A stretch of 52,237 bases of DNA from Pseudomonadota bacterium (GCA_018971725.1 JAGXAE010000001.1:1-52237), one strand, 5' to 3'; shown: positions 33,569 to 44,255, counted from the first letter of the stretch. Notes: generated by a model not told the origin, from the letters alone. A program made the numbers and translations.

Positions 33569-33844
33569 TTGGACACGGAAACAATTTCCGGTGCCGCCTC
33601 CACAATCGCCTCGCTTCTCATCATTCTCGGTCTGCTCACCGGCCTCGCCTTTCTGGCGCGGCGGTTCAAGGGCCGGCTTCCGGGCAGCAAGGTGGGCGGC
33701 AATATGCCGGTCTCCATTATCTCCTCCCGTCCGCTTGGCGGGCAACAGAGCCTCGTCATCGCGGAAGCGGATGGCCAGCGTTTCCTGCTCGGCGTCAGCC
33801 GTGGCGGCATCGCGCTCATCAGCCGGCTGAGCCCGCATGAATAG
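33569..33844 (+). CDS. fliO: FliO
   Basis: TM segment then RPLGGQQSLVIAEADGQRFLLGV; upstream of fliP. Confidence 0.85.
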   Translation: MDTETISGAASTIASLLIILGLLTGLAFLARRFKGRLPGSKVGGNMPVSIISSRPLGGQQSLVIAEADGQRFLLGVSRGGIALISRLSPHE

Positions 33845-34577
33845 GGGCTTTCGCGTGGCGCTGTACGCGCTGCCCAACCTCGCCCCGGTTTCGGCCTGGG
33901 CCGGACCAGCCGGGCTCACCATCGTCAACGGCCTCGCCGGCAATGGCGGCGAGTCATACTCGCTGAATGTGCAGAGCCTGCTGGTCATCACGGCGCTCGC
34001 CTTTCTGCCGGGGTTGATCCTGTTGATGACCTCCTTCACCCGCATCATCATTGTGCTCTCCATCATGCGTCAGGCGATGGGTCTGCAAACCACCCCGCCC
34101 AATATGGTTCTGGCGGCGCTCGCCCTCGCGCTTTCGGTGTTCGTCATGCGCGGCGTCATCCAGCAGGAGCAGCAACAGGCGCTCCTGCCATATCTTTCCG
34201 GGCAGATCACCTTCTCCCAGGCCGTCACCGCCGCCGAGCCACCGGAACGGAATTTCATGCTGGCACAAACCCGCAAGCAGCCGCTGCATCTTTTCGTTGA
34301 TCTCTCGGGCCAAACCTACGCTGACCCGCAACACGTCCCCTTCACCGTATTGGTGCCCGCCTTCGCTACATCCGAGCTTGAAACCGCCTTCCAGATCGGC
34401 TTTCTCATTTACATTCCCTTTGTCCTCATCGATCTCGCGGTCGCCTCCATCCTCATGTCGCTGGGCATGATCATGGTCTCGCCGACGCTCATTTCCCTGC
34501 CGCTGAAATTGCTGATGTTCGTCTCCATCCATGGCTGGGTGCTGGTGCTTGGCACGTTGGCGAACAGTTTCAAATAA
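33837..34577 (+). CDS. fliP: export gate protein FliP
   Basis: MTSFTRIIIV, PPNMVL, VPAFATSEL.TAFQIGF.IYIPF.LIDL, ISLPLKL. Confidence 0.96.
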   Translation: MNRGFRVALYALPNLAPVSAWAGPAGLTIVNGLAGNGGESYSLNVQSLLVITALAFLPGLILLMTSFTRIIIVLSIMRQAMGLQTTPPNMVLAALALALSVFVMRGVIQQEQQQALLPYLSGQITFSQAVTAAEPPERNFMLAQTRKQPLHLFVDLSGQTYADPQHVPFTVLVPAFATSELETAFQIGFLIYIPFVLIDLAVASILMSLGMIMVSPTLISLPLKLLMFVSIHGWVLVLGTLANSFK

Positions 34578-34852
34578 TGCCGCTCTACCTCAAGCTCTTG
34601 CGGCACGCGTTGGAAACGGAATTATCCGCCATCCTGCCCTGCGTGCTGGTGCTGCTCGCCGTCGGTCTCATCACCTCCATCTTGCAGGCGATGTTCCAGA
34701 TTGAGGACGCCACCTTCGCCCTGCTGCCGAAAACCATGGCGATGATCGCCCTCGCCGTCACCGGCGGTTTCGGCGCGCTCGGCGTGTTTGAAGCCTTGGC
34801 CAAGGACTTTATCATCAACGCGCCCGCCCTGGTGCATCAGCCGTGGTATTAG
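34577..34852 (+). CDS. fliQ: FliQ-family export gate subunit (paralogue 2)
   Basis: 91 aa between fliP and fliR; VGLITSILQAMFQIEDATFALLPK. Confidence 0.88.
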   Translation: MPLYLKLLRHALETELSAILPCVLVLLAVGLITSILQAMFQIEDATFALLPKTMAMIALAVTGGFGALGVFEALAKDFIINAPALVHQPWY

Positions 34853-35610
34853 ACGAACATACCGTCATGCTCTGGTTCGGGCGCTTTTTGTGGCCCTTCC
34901 TACGCATCACGGGGCTGTTTCTCACCGCCCCGTTTTACGGTTCCTCCCTCATTCCCAACATGGTCAAGGCCATGCTCGCGGCGGCGCTGGCGCTTTGCCT
35001 CGCCATGTGGCTGCCCGCCTTGCCTGCTTATCCGGCGGACCCGCTCAGCGCCATCTTCACCGGTTTCGTGCAAATCGCCTATGGCGCGGTACTGGGCATG
35101 GCCATGCAGATCGTCGTTGCCGCCTTCTCAAGCGCTGGCGAGATCATGGGGCAGGCGATGGGGCTTTCCTTCGCGGAGCTGCAATTCCGCGAATCCTCAG
35201 GTTCCAGCGCGGTCCTGTCAGACATCATGCTCTGGGCTGGGCTGCTCGGCTATATGGCGGCGGGCGGCCCGGTCTGGATTTTTGAGGCGCTGGTCCGGTC
35301 TTTCGCGCACGGGGCGGGCGTCGCGCCCATCGCCTCTTGGTCAGCCCTGGCATCCCTTGGCGGCACGCTTTTCGCCGCCGCCATCGGTCTGGCTCTGCCG
35401 GTCATGGCCGCCACGCTCTGCGTCAACCTTACCGTCGGCCTCACCACAGTCTTCGCGCCCAGCATGAATCTGCTCTCCATCGGCTTCCCGCTGCTCATCC
35501 TCACCGGGCTTTGGGTGCTGGTCGCCGCCATTCCTGGCTTCGGCGTTACGGCGCAGCACCTCACCACCCAATGCATGGGCGCTCTCGGCGCGATGCTCCC
35601 GCATGGCTGA
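34843..35610 (+). CDS. fliR: export gate protein FliR
   Basis: WPFLRITGLFLTAPF, AGEIMGQAMGLSFA, APSMNLLSIGFP. Confidence 0.94.
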   Translation: MVLDEHTVMLWFGRFLWPFLRITGLFLTAPFYGSSLIPNMVKAMLAAALALCLAMWLPALPAYPADPLSAIFTGFVQIAYGAVLGMAMQIVVAAFSSAGEIMGQAMGLSFAELQFRESSGSSAVLSDIMLWAGLLGYMAAGGPVWIFEALVRSFAHGAGVAPIASWSALASLGGTLFAAAIGLALPVMAATLCVNLTVGLTTVFAPSMNLLSIGFPLLILTGLWVLVAAIPGFGVTAQHLTTQCMGALGAMLPHG

Positions 35611-36718
35611 GGATAGCGCTGGCGAGAAGAAGCATGCGCCAACCGAGCGCCGGCTTCGCCAGGCCGCCGAACGCGGCGATGTCCGGCGTTCCCAGGAACT
35701 GCCAAAAGCCGCGGCCATCGCGCTGTTTACCCTGCTGGGGCTGGGTGCCGCCGCAGGGCTTGGCCTCCGGCTGCTCAACCTCTTCGCCGCCGCGCTGGAC
35801 CAGGCCGGCACCGCATCTCTCTCCGCCGCCTCGTTCTGGGCGCAGGGCATGTTCGCGGGCCTGTTTCCGCTTCTCGCCTTGCTGGCCGCCATCGCTCTGG
35901 CTGGCAGCATCGTCTCCGGCGGCTGGGTATTCGCCGCCAATCTGCTGCTGCCGGATTTCTCCAAGCTCATGCCGCAATCCGGGCTGGGGCAGATTTTCTC
36001 CGGCCATGGGTTTTCGGAACATGGCAAATCCATTCTGAAAATCTTCGCCATTGGCGGCACCGGGGCTGCCGTCATTCTCCTCAACCGGGCACGCTTTGCC
36101 GCCCTGGCCATGCTGCCATTTCCCGTGCCGGGCGCCATGCTGGGCCTTGCGTTGCAAACGCTGGGCATCATTTGCGTCGTGCTGGTGCTGCTGGCGGCCG
36201 GCGATCTTGCCCTGCAAATCTGGCTGCACCGGCATAAGCTGCGCATGTCGGACGATGAAATCCGTGAGGAAATGAAAGACGCGGCGGGCAATCCCCATGT
36301 CAAATCCCGCCAGCGCGCCTTATCCCGCAAGCTCGCCCGCGCCCGGCAGATGCAGCGCATCCCCGAAGCCTCCGTCATCGTCACCAACCCCACCCATTAT
36401 GCCTGCGCCATACGCTACCGCCGTGGCGGAGACCGCGCGCCCTTGTTGCTGGCCAAGGGTGTTGGGCTGCTGGCTGAGGAAATCATCACCCGCGCCCGCG
36501 CTCATGGCATCCCGGTGGTGCAATCCCCGCCTCTGGCCCGCGCCATTTATCGTCATGTGGAGCCCGACGATCACATCCCGGCGGCACTCTACCGCGCCTG
36601 CGCTGAGGTTCTCGCCTATGTCTGGCGGTTGCAGCGCTGGCGGTCGCAGGGCGGGGCAAAGCCGCTGCCGCCCAAGCCGCAAGAGGGCGAAATCGAAATC
36701 TCCCGCTGGCTTCGCTAA
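35603..36718 (+). CDS. flhB: export switch protein FlhB
   Basis: EKKHAPTERR..G.V.RSQEL; NPTH autocleavage site; PPLARAIY. Confidence 0.96.
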   Translation: MAEDSAGEKKHAPTERRLRQAAERGDVRRSQELPKAAAIALFTLLGLGAAAGLGLRLLNLFAAALDQAGTASLSAASFWAQGMFAGLFPLLALLAAIALAGSIVSGGWVFAANLLLPDFSKLMPQSGLGQIFSGHGFSEHGKSILKIFAIGGTGAAVILLNRARFAALAMLPFPVPGAMLGLALQTLGIICVVLVLLAAGDLALQIWLHRHKLRMSDDEIREEMKDAAGNPHVKSRQRALSRKLARARQMQRIPEASVIVTNPTHYACAIRYRRGGDRAPLLLAKGVGLLAEEIITRARAHGIPVVQSPPLARAIYRHVEPDDHIPAALYRACAEVLAYVWRLQRWRSQGGAKPLPPKPQEGEIEISRWLR

Positions 36719-36761
36719 TCTTTGCCTTTATTTCGCCGGGGCAAATGCCTAGCTTCTTGGC

Positions 36762-39700
36762 ATGCTGCAAGACGATGCGCCGTTCACCGCCTTCGCCGCG
36801 GAAATTTTCCCGCAATCGCCCTTACGCCAGGTCGTTACCGCCGCGTGCAAATGCGCCGAAGCGGAGGCCATCGCCGCGTTGTACCAGGCCGCCAGCCTGG
36901 CCCCGCCTGAGGCCCTAGCGGCGCGCGAGACGGCACTCCAGCTCATCCGCGCCGTGCGGGCCGCACCGTCATCCCCGCTTGCCCGGATGCTGCGCGCCTA
37001 CCCGCTGGGCAGCGCCGAGGGTCTGGCGCTTATGGGCCTGGCCGAAGCGCTTTTACGCACGCCGGATGCCGCCACCCGTGATGAATTGCTGCGGGACAAG
37101 CTGGCCCGGCGCCATTGGGTCCGGCCCGGCTTGCCGCTCAGCCGTGCTTTGGCGCTGGCGGCCGGGTTCGCCGCCAGCCCGGCCTGGAAACTCGCCAAAC
37201 CGTTTATCCGCGTGGCCGCCATTAAAGTCGTACGCCGCATCGGCCGCGAATTTGTGCTTGGAGAAACGATGGCTCAGGCGCTTGCCCGCGCCGCACCCCT
37301 TGCCGCGCGCGGCTATCGCTTCTCGTTCGACATGCTGGGCGAAGCCGCGATGACGCAAGACGACGCCGAAGGGTTTTTTCAGTCCTACCGCGCCGCCATC
37401 CTCAATCTTAAAGGCGATCCAGAGATTCAACATTCTCCTGGCATCTCTATCAAACTCTCCGCCCTGCATCCGCGCTACACCCGCGCCCAACGCACCCGCG
37501 TGCTGGCTGAGCTGGCGCCGCGCCTCATCGCCTTGGCAAAGCTCGCGCAAGCCCGCAATGTCGGCATTTCCATCGACGCCGAGGAATCCGGCCGGCTCGA
37601 TCTCTCTCTCGACCTGCTCGAAATTCTCTGCCAGGAACCCGCATTTTCAGGATGGGACGGCATCGGCTTCGTCGTCCAGGCTTATGGCAAGCGCGCCCCG
37701 GCGGTCATCGCGTTTTGCGCCGATCTCGCCGGCCGCACCAACCGCCGCATGATGCTGCGGCTCGTCAAAGGCGCCTATTGGGACCAGGAGATCAAACACG
37801 CCCAGCTCGGCGGGTTTGAGGATTTCCCCGTATTCACCAGGAAAATCCACACGGACATCGCCTATCTCGCCTGTGCCCGGCAGATGCTGGCGCTGCCCGC
37901 GCTCTACCCGCAATTCGCCACCCACAACGCCAACACCATCGCCGCCATCCTGGCCATGGCGGGCAATGCGGATTACGAGTTTCAATGCCTGCACGGCATG
38001 GGCGAGGAAATTTACAATGCCGTGCGCGCCCTGCCCAATGCGCGCCCCTGCCGCATCTACGCGCCGGTCGGCCCGCATAAAACGCTGCTGGCCTATCTTG
38101 TGCGCAGGCTTCTGGAAAACGGCGCCAATTCCTCCTTCATTCACAAGCTGCACGATCCCGCCATCCCGCCCGAGACGTTGTGGGACGACCCGGTGGCGGA
38201 AAGTCAGGCGCTCACCCCGCCCGGCGCGCCGCATCCATCCATTGCCCGCCCACCCGAAATGCTTGGCCCGTCGCGCCAAAATTCGGCGGGGCTTGATCTC
38301 GCGGACGAATCAATTCTCGCCAGCCTGGCGGCCGAACTCACGGCCGGTTTCACAACTTCCGCCATTCCTCTCGCGGCGGATGCGGATATCGAAACCGCCT
38401 TCGCCGCCGCGCAAGCCTATACCCCGCCGCCACCGGGTGAGCGCGCGCAAATTCTGTTCCATCTGGCCGACTACCTTGAACGTCACCGCGCCCCGCTTGT
38501 CTCGCTCCTGGTCCGCGAGGCCCGCCGCACAATCCCGGATGCGCTGGGCGAGTTGCGCGAGGCCGCGGATTTTTGCCGCTATTACGCCACGGAAATCGAG
38601 CATTGGCTGGCGGAGACGCATCTGCCGCTTGGCACGGTCATCTGCATCAGCCCCTGGAATTTTCCGCTTTCCATTTTTCTGGGGCAAATCGCCGGGGCTT
38701 TCGCGGCGGGCAATGCCGTCATCGCCAAACCAGCGGAGGAAACCCCGGCCATTGCCGCCCTCGCGGTGCAATTGGCGCATGAGGCCGGTTTGCCACGCGC
38801 CGCGCTGCATCTTTTGCAGGGCGATGGCATACTCGGCGCGGCACTTGTGGCTGATCCCCGCTGCCATGGCGTCGTGTTCACGGGTTCGCTGGAAGCGGCG
38901 CGCGCCATCAACATCAGCTTGGCGCAACGGTTGAGCCCGGACGGAAGGCCCGTGCCGCTCATCGCTGAAACCGGTGGGCTGAACGCGATGATCGTCGATT
39001 CCACCGCGCTGCCGGAACAGGCGATCGCGGATATTCTGCTCTCCGCCTTCAACTCCGCCGGGCAGCGCTGCTCGGCCTTGCGGTTGCTTTGTGTGCAGCA
39101 GGAGATCGCGGCGGATTTCCTTCCCCGGCTGCACGCGGCCATGCGCGAGCTTTGCGCTGGCCCGCCGGACAGGCTTGCCAGCGACCTCGGCCCGCTCATC
39201 ACCAAGGCCGCCGCCGCTCGCATCCACGATTATATCGCGGCGATGCGCGCGCAAGCCTGCCCCATCATTCAGGGCACTGCGCCGGAGGAAGCGGAATACC
39301 TGCCGCCCACGATCATCGAAATCCCCGATCTTTCCTTCATGACGCAGGAGGTTTTCGGTCCGGTCCTGCATGTGCTGCGCGTCCCCCGTGCGGAGCTTGC
39401 CAATTTGCCCGCCCGCATCAACACGCTTGGCTACGGCCTCACCTTCGGCGCGCATGGGCGGATCGAGTCGCGGCTGCGGCATTGGGCGGACTCCATCAAT
39501 GCGGGCAATATCTATATCAACCGCAACATCATCGGCGCGGTGGTGGGCGTGCAGCCTTTCGGCGGTCAGGGCCTGTCCGGTACCGGGCCAAAGGCTGGCG
39601 GCCCGCTTTATCTGCACCGGCTGCTGGCGCATGGCCCCGCCTGCAAGCCGATAGGTCAGAACCTCACCACCACGCCCCTGGGCGAAGGAAACGAATATGC

Positions 39701-40034
39701 CGTGCGGCCGCGCGGCGTCATTTTCTGCAAGGCACAGACGCCAGAAGGGCATCTGGCACAGCAGCAAGCGTTGCAGGCCGCGGGCTGCGTGATGGCCACA
39801 GAGCTTTCCCCCGAGACCCAGGCTACCTTATTGGAGGCTGATGAGACAGAAATACTGTCTTTTTTGCAATACCTGGCGGCGCTTCCTGGCCCCATTATCC
39901 CGCTTCACACCCTAACCCCTGGCGCTATTGCGGCAGGGTTTCATTACAATCCTGGCTGGTTGCTGGCCGAGCGCAGCATATCCACGAACATCGCCGCCGC
40001 CGGCGGAAACGCGGCGCTAATGGCTAAAATTTAA
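36762..40034 (+). CDS. putA: bifunctional proline dehydrogenase / P5C dehydrogenase
   Basis: SFDMLGEAA, RLVKGAYWD, QFATHN, YLVRRLLENGANSSF, ETGG, SAGQRCSALR, GTGPKAGG; no N-terminal RHH domain seen. Confidence 0.96.
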   Translation: MLQDDAPFTAFAAEIFPQSPLRQVVTAACKCAEAEAIAALYQAASLAPPEALAARETALQLIRAVRAAPSSPLARMLRAYPLGSAEGLALMGLAEALLRTPDAATRDELLRDKLARRHWVRPGLPLSRALALAAGFAASPAWKLAKPFIRVAAIKVVRRIGREFVLGETMAQALARAAPLAARGYRFSFDMLGEAAMTQDDAEGFFQSYRAAILNLKGDPEIQHSPGISIKLSALHPRYTRAQRTRVLAELAPRLIALAKLAQARNVGISIDAEESGRLDLSLDLLEILCQEPAFSGWDGIGFVVQAYGKRAPAVIAFCADLAGRTNRRMMLRLVKGAYWDQEIKHAQLGGFEDFPVFTRKIHTDIAYLACARQMLALPALYPQFATHNANTIAAILAMAGNADYEFQCLHGMGEEIYNAVRALPNARPCRIYAPVGPHKTLLAYLVRRLLENGANSSFIHKLHDPAIPPETLWDDPVAESQALTPPGAPHPSIARPPEMLGPSRQNSAGLDLADESILASLAAELTAGFTTSAIPLAADADIETAFAAAQAYTPPPPGERAQILFHLADYLERHRAPLVSLLVREARRTIPDALGELREAADFCRYYATEIEHWLAETHLPLGTVICISPWNFPLSIFLGQIAGAFAAGNAVIAKPAEETPAIAALAVQLAHEAGLPRAALHLLQGDGILGAALVADPRCHGVVFTGSLEAARAINISLAQRLSPDGRPVPLIAETGGLNAMIVDSTALPEQAIADILLSAFNSAGQRCSALRLLCVQQEIAADFLPRLHAAMRELCAGPPDRLASDLGPLITKAAAARIHDYIAAMRAQACPIIQGTAPEEAEYLPPTIIEIPDLSFMTQEVFGPVLHVLRVPRAELANLPARINTLGYGLTFGAHGRIESRLRHWADSINAGNIYINRNIIGAVVGVQPFGGQGLSGTGPKAGGPLYLHRLLAHGPACKPIGQNLTTTPLGEGNEYAVRPRGVIFCKAQTPEGHLAQQQALQAAGCVMATELSPETQATLLEADETEILSFLQYLAALPGPIIPLHTLTPGAIAAGFHYNPGWLLAERSISTNIAAAGGNAALMAKI

Positions 40035-40117
40035 CACATATTGACGAACCGCCTCAAAGGGCAGAGCCTAATGCGTCACCTAACGGCAATAACCAATAAA
40101 TCGTCAGGAAAACAACA

Positions 40118-41536
40118 GTGAGCACAATTCCTCGTTCAGGAGAAAGGTTGCGGCGCGATAGCCTGGGCCTTTCGCAAATTATTGCTTCCACTCTTGCCAA
40201 CATCGCCCCGGCGATGAGTTTTTTCTTTGGTTTCGGTCTTATCGCCTCCGGGGCTGGTGTCGGCGCGCCACTCACCATTCTGGTCGCCATGGTGGTCATC
40301 CTGTTCCTCACCAACACGCTGGCGCAGTTTTCCAAATACCGCCCCAGCGCCGGGTCCTTCGTCACCTTCATCGGCATGTCCTTCGGCCCGTGGGCGGGTG
40401 CGGCGGCCTCCATCTTCGTGGTGGTGGGGTATTGCATCGCGGCGTCGTCGGTGGTGGTCATCTCCGGCGGCTGGGCGGCGCAAACACTGCAAACTTTCGT
40501 GGGCATCAACATCCCCTGGCAGGCCATCAGCATCATCGCCACCGCCATCGTCGGTCTGCTGGTTTCGCGTGGCATTTCGCTTTCCACCACCTGGGCGGCG
40601 ATCTTCTTCTATTTCGAGCTTGTGCTGCTGCTCATCGGCGCGGTGATCATGCTGGCGGTGAACTGGCATTCCGTTTCCGCCGCACCTTTCATGATCTCCT
40701 CCGTCACCGGCGGCTGGAAAGGCATCGGGCTCGGTTTCCCGCTCGCCATCTACCTGTTCATCGGCTGGGAAAACTCCGCGATGCTGGCTGAGGAAACCAC
40801 AAATCCCCGCCGCAACGTGCCGCGCGCGCTCATCACCGGCACGCTCTCCATCGGCATCTTGTACATGTTCCTGGCCTTCGCGACGGAGACCGCTTTCCAC
40901 AACGATGCCAAGGCTCTCACCGCATCGTCTCTGCCTTATGTGGATGCGTTCAAGGCCTCCGCCGCTGGTCTGCTGATTGTGGCGTATCTGGCCGGTGTCA
41001 CCAGTATTTTCTCATCGCTCATCGGCCTCACCAACGCGCAGGCGCGCATTCTGTTCAGCTCCGCGCGTGAGGGTTTGCTGCCGCAGTTCTTCGGCAAGAT
41101 TCATCCGCAGCATCGCACCCCGCATGTCGCGATGTGGACCTATATCGTCGTGGCGCTGCTGATCGTGCTGGTGTTCGGCACGGTCGACAAGATCGACCCA
41201 GTCACCTTGTTTGGTGATACCGGCACGCTCGGCACCATTCCGGTGATCGTGACGTATCTGCTCACCAATCTGGCGCTGCCAGTTTACATGCTGCGCTACC
41301 ATCGTGAGGATTTTAACGTCTTCACGCATTTGATCGTGCCTGTGGTCGGCACCGTGGCCATGGCCTTCCCGCTTTGGGGCTTGGTGGAGCCCGGCCAGCC
41401 TTTCCCCTTCAACCTGTACCCGAAGCTGTCGCTGGCGCTGCTGGTGCTCTCGGTGATCTATGGGCTGATATTGGCCAAATCCAAACCGGATCTGGTGCAG
41501 CGCATCGGATCTTACGTGGCCGACGAGGAATATTAA
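40118..41536 (+). CDS. APC-family amino acid permease
   Basis: Many hydrophobic segments; NIAPAMS, FIGWEN...LAEET.NPRRNVPRA, AREGLLP..F.KIHP..RTP. Confidence 0.9.
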   Translation: MSTIPRSGERLRRDSLGLSQIIASTLANIAPAMSFFFGFGLIASGAGVGAPLTILVAMVVILFLTNTLAQFSKYRPSAGSFVTFIGMSFGPWAGAAASIFVVVGYCIAASSVVVISGGWAAQTLQTFVGINIPWQAISIIATAIVGLLVSRGISLSTTWAAIFFYFELVLLLIGAVIMLAVNWHSVSAAPFMISSVTGGWKGIGLGFPLAIYLFIGWENSAMLAEETTNPRRNVPRALITGTLSIGILYMFLAFATETAFHNDAKALTASSLPYVDAFKASAAGLLIVAYLAGVTSIFSSLIGLTNAQARILFSSAREGLLPQFFGKIHPQHRTPHVAMWTYIVVALLIVLVFGTVDKIDPVTLFGDTGTLGTIPVIVTYLLTNLALPVYMLRYHREDFNVFTHLIVPVVGTVAMAFPLWGLVEPGQPFPFNLYPKLSLALLVLSVIYGLILAKSKPDLVQRIGSYVADEEY

Positions 41537-41542
41537 AACGCC

Positions 41543-41570
41543 AGGGCGGTCCTTCGGGACCGCCCTTTTT
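41543..41570 (+). terminator. intrinsic terminator
   Basis: AGGGCGGTCC-TTCG-GGACCGCCCT followed by TTTT. Confidence 0.92.
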
Positions 41571-41573
41571 CGT

Positions 41574-41909
41574 TCATGGCAGCATCAGATCCTTGGCGCG
41601 GCCATGGTTTTGCAGGTGCTTCTCGATCACCTCGTCCACCGCCGTGAAACTATCCAGCCTATACCAGACGCCTTCCGGGTAGAACACCGCGCAGGGGCCA
41701 AGCTCGCAGCGGTCCAGGCAGCCGGACTGGTTGACGCGGATGTTTTCCAGCCCCAGTTCCTTCACCCGCACCTTCATGTAGTCGCGGATTTTCTCCGAGC
41801 CTTTGCTGGCGCAATCGCCGCGCGGGTGGCCTTCCGGCCTGCGGTTGGCGCAGACAAAAATATGCGTCTCGTAATACGGTGCCGGGTCTTCGGCCAAGCG
41901 TTCACCCAA
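41574..41909 (-). CDS. thioredoxin-like [2Fe-2S] ferredoxin
   Basis: HIFVC..R....[25 protein letters not shown]; AGGAG before TTG. Confidence 0.9.
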   Translation of the reverse strand: MGERLAEDPAPYYETHIFVCANRRPEGHPRGDCASKGSEKIRDYMKVRVKELGLENIRVNQSGCLDRCELGPCAVFYPEGVWYRLDSFTAVDEVIEKHLQNHGRAKDLMLP

Positions 41910-41965
41910 AGCTGTTACTCCTGCTCGTTCGCGCCTATCTAACCCGTGAACCAGGAGCCGGCAAA

Positions 41966-43969
41966 ATGCAGAACCGTTTGAAGGATTCGTCCTCCCCCTA
42001 TCTCCTCCAGCACCAGGACAACCCCGTGCATTGGCATATGTGGGGCGAGGAAGCCTTCGCCGAGGCTAAATCTCGCAACGTGCCGGTGCTGCTCTCCATC
42101 GGTTATGCCGCCTGCCATTGGTGCCATGTGATGGCGCATGAGAGCTTCGAGAACGACGAAACCGCCGCGCTGATGAATGAGCGTTTCGTCTCCATCAAGG
42201 TGGACCGCGAGGAGCGCCCGGATATCGACCAGACCTACATGACCGCCCTGCACGCCATGGGCCAGCAGGGCGGCTGGCCTCTCACGATGGTGCTGACGCC
42301 AGAGGGCGCGCCTTTCTGGGGCGGCACCTATTTCCCGCCCAAGCCGGGTTTCGGCCGGCCCAGTTTCTCCCAGGTGCTCGTGGCGCTCTCGGAAGCCTGG
42401 AAGGACGAGCAAGGCCGGATCGGCCGTTCGGTCGCCACCATCCAGAACGCCTTGGCCAAGGCCGCCGCCGCCAAACCCGGCGACGCGCCAGGGCCGGAAT
42501 TGCTGGAAGCCGCGCGCGCCGCGCTTTTGCGCGGCATGGACTGGGATAAAGGCGGGTTTTCCGGCGCGCCGAAATTCCCCAACATCCCGGTATTCCGCTT
42601 TCTCTGGCACGAATATTTCCGGGCGCGCGATGCGGAATGTGCTGAAGCACTGCATCTGTTGCTGGAGCGGATGAGCCAGGGCGGGATTTACGACCATCTG
42701 GGCGGCGGTTATGCGCGCTATGCCACGGATGATGCCTGGCTGGTGCCGCATTTCGAGAAGATGCTTTACGACAATGCGCTGATTTTGGAGATGCTGGCTT
42801 TCGCCCAGGCGGACAGGCCCAACCCGCTTTACGAGGCCCGGGCGCGGGAAACGGTGGAATGGCTGACCCGCGACATGAGCGCCGAAGGCGCTTTCGCGGC
42901 GTCCGAGGATGCGGATTCGGAAGGCGAGGAAGGCAAGTTCTACGTCTGGACCCGTGCGGAAATTGAAAGCGTGCTGGGCGAGGATACGGCGCTTTTCGAG
43001 CGTTTCTACCCGCTGCCGGAACACGGCAATTGGGAGGAAAAGATTATCCTGGAACGCCGTGCCCCATTCGGGCCGGATGAGGCGCGGTTGGCCGCCTGCC
43101 GGGAGAAATTGCTGGCGGTGCGCGGCCAGCGCGTGCGGCCAGGGAGGGATGACAAGATTCTGGCGGATTGGAACGCGCTGACCATCGCCGCTTTGGTGAA
43201 GGCGGGCAGCGTGTTTAGCCAGCCGGGATGGGTGGCGTTGGCGGCCCAGGTTTTCGCGGCGCTGGTGGAAAAAATGGGCCAGCCGGATGGGCGGATCGCC
43301 CATGCGATGCGCCATGGCAAAATCTCCGCCGCCGGGCTGCTGGAGGATCAGGCGGGCATGATGCTTGCCGCGCTGGCGCTGTATCAGGCCACAGGCGAAG
43401 TGGATTATTTGCGCCGGGCGGAAACAATCCTCGCTGTCACGGAAACGCATTTCGGCGATGGCGCGGGGGCGTTCTACATGTCCGCCGATGATGCCGGGGA
43501 CGTGTATGCCCCACGTGGGCGCAACGTGCAGGATGGGCCGGCACCCTCGGGCATCGGGTTGATGGCCGAGAATTATGCCGCGCTGTATCACCTTACCGGC
43601 CAGGATGAATACCGCGCCAAGGCGGAAGCCGTTCTGGCGGCTTTTGGCGGGCGGGCGCGGGCGCTCACAGGTTCGCCCATTTTGCTGGCGGCGGCTGATT
43701 TTCTGGCGAATGCGGCTTGCGTGGTGGTGACCGGCGGAGCGGAGGATCTGGCGCGGGCGGCCCTGGCGGCAGCGGATCCGGCGGTGGTGCTGCTGCGCGG
43801 TGCTGCCGGGATTGATGCCTCGCACCCTGCCTATGGCAAGCCGGATGATATGAAGGCAGCCTATGTTTGCCAGGGAAATGTTTGTGGCTTGCCGGTGGAT
43901 GGCGTTGAAGGTTTAAGGCAAAAGCTGCAACGTTCCACGTGGAACAATATTGGAGAATTTCAACAATAA
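41966..43969 (+). CDS. YyaL/SSP411-like thioredoxin-domain protein
   Basis: [48 protein letters not shown]; AGGAG before ATG 41966. Confidence 0.93.
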   Translation: MQNRLKDSSSPYLLQHQDNPVHWHMWGEEAFAEAKSRNVPVLLSIGYAACHWCHVMAHESFENDETAALMNERFVSIKVDREERPDIDQTYMTALHAMGQQGGWPLTMVLTPEGAPFWGGTYFPPKPGFGRPSFSQVLVALSEAWKDEQGRIGRSVATIQNALAKAAAAKPGDAPGPELLEAARAALLRGMDWDKGGFSGAPKFPNIPVFRFLWHEYFRARDAECAEALHLLLERMSQGGIYDHLGGGYARYATDDAWLVPHFEKMLYDNALILEMLAFAQADRPNPLYEARARETVEWLTRDMSAEGAFAASEDADSEGEEGKFYVWTRAEIESVLGEDTALFERFYPLPEHGNWEEKIILERRAPFGPDEARLAACREKLLAVRGQRVRPGRDDKILADWNALTIAALVKAGSVFSQPGWVALAAQVFAALVEKMGQPDGRIAHAMRHGKISAAGLLEDQAGMMLAALALYQATGEVDYLRRAETILAVTETHFGDGAGAFYMSADDAGDVYAPRGRNVQDGPAPSGIGLMAENYAALYHLTGQDEYRAKAEAVLAAFGGRARALTGSPILLAAADFLANAACVVVTGGAEDLARAALAAADPAVVLLRGAAGIDASHPAYGKPDDMKAAYVCQGNVCGLPVDGVEGLRQKLQRSTWNNIGEFQQ

Positions 43970-44077
43970 CGTCGTGTTAGTTTTTGTATTTGCGGGATTC
44001 TGGTTTTTGAACCAAATCGCTTGACCGCACGATGTTTTGATAAAGGAATAAGATTTCAGCATCGAAAGGAGGAGGCA

Positions 44078-44245
44078 ATGCAGGGGCGGTTGGTGCCGGT
44101 GCTCTACGTGGCATTGATGGCCGCCATCATCGTCGGTGTGGATGTGGCGTTCTTCAGAGGCCATTTCCGCGAGCGCCTCATGGCGAATATCGGCATCGTG
44201 CTGGTATTCGGCGCGTTCTATCTGCGGTTTCTGGGTCACTCCTAG
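44078..44245 (+). CDS. small two-TM hypothetical protein (55 aa)
   Basis: Strong AGGAGGAGG RBS; two hydrophobic segments. Confidence 0.7.
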   Translation: MQGRLVPVLYVALMAAIIVGVDVAFFRGHFRERLMANIGIVLVFGAFYLRFLGHS

Positions 44246-44255
44246 TCAGAAAGCC

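Noticed and set aside
15111-36718. Injectisome (non-flagellar T3SS) suggested by the SctQ-like fusion and second FliQ/SctS-like gene
   Set aside because: No secretin, needle or translocon genes; full rod, hook, filament, ring and stator sets are present
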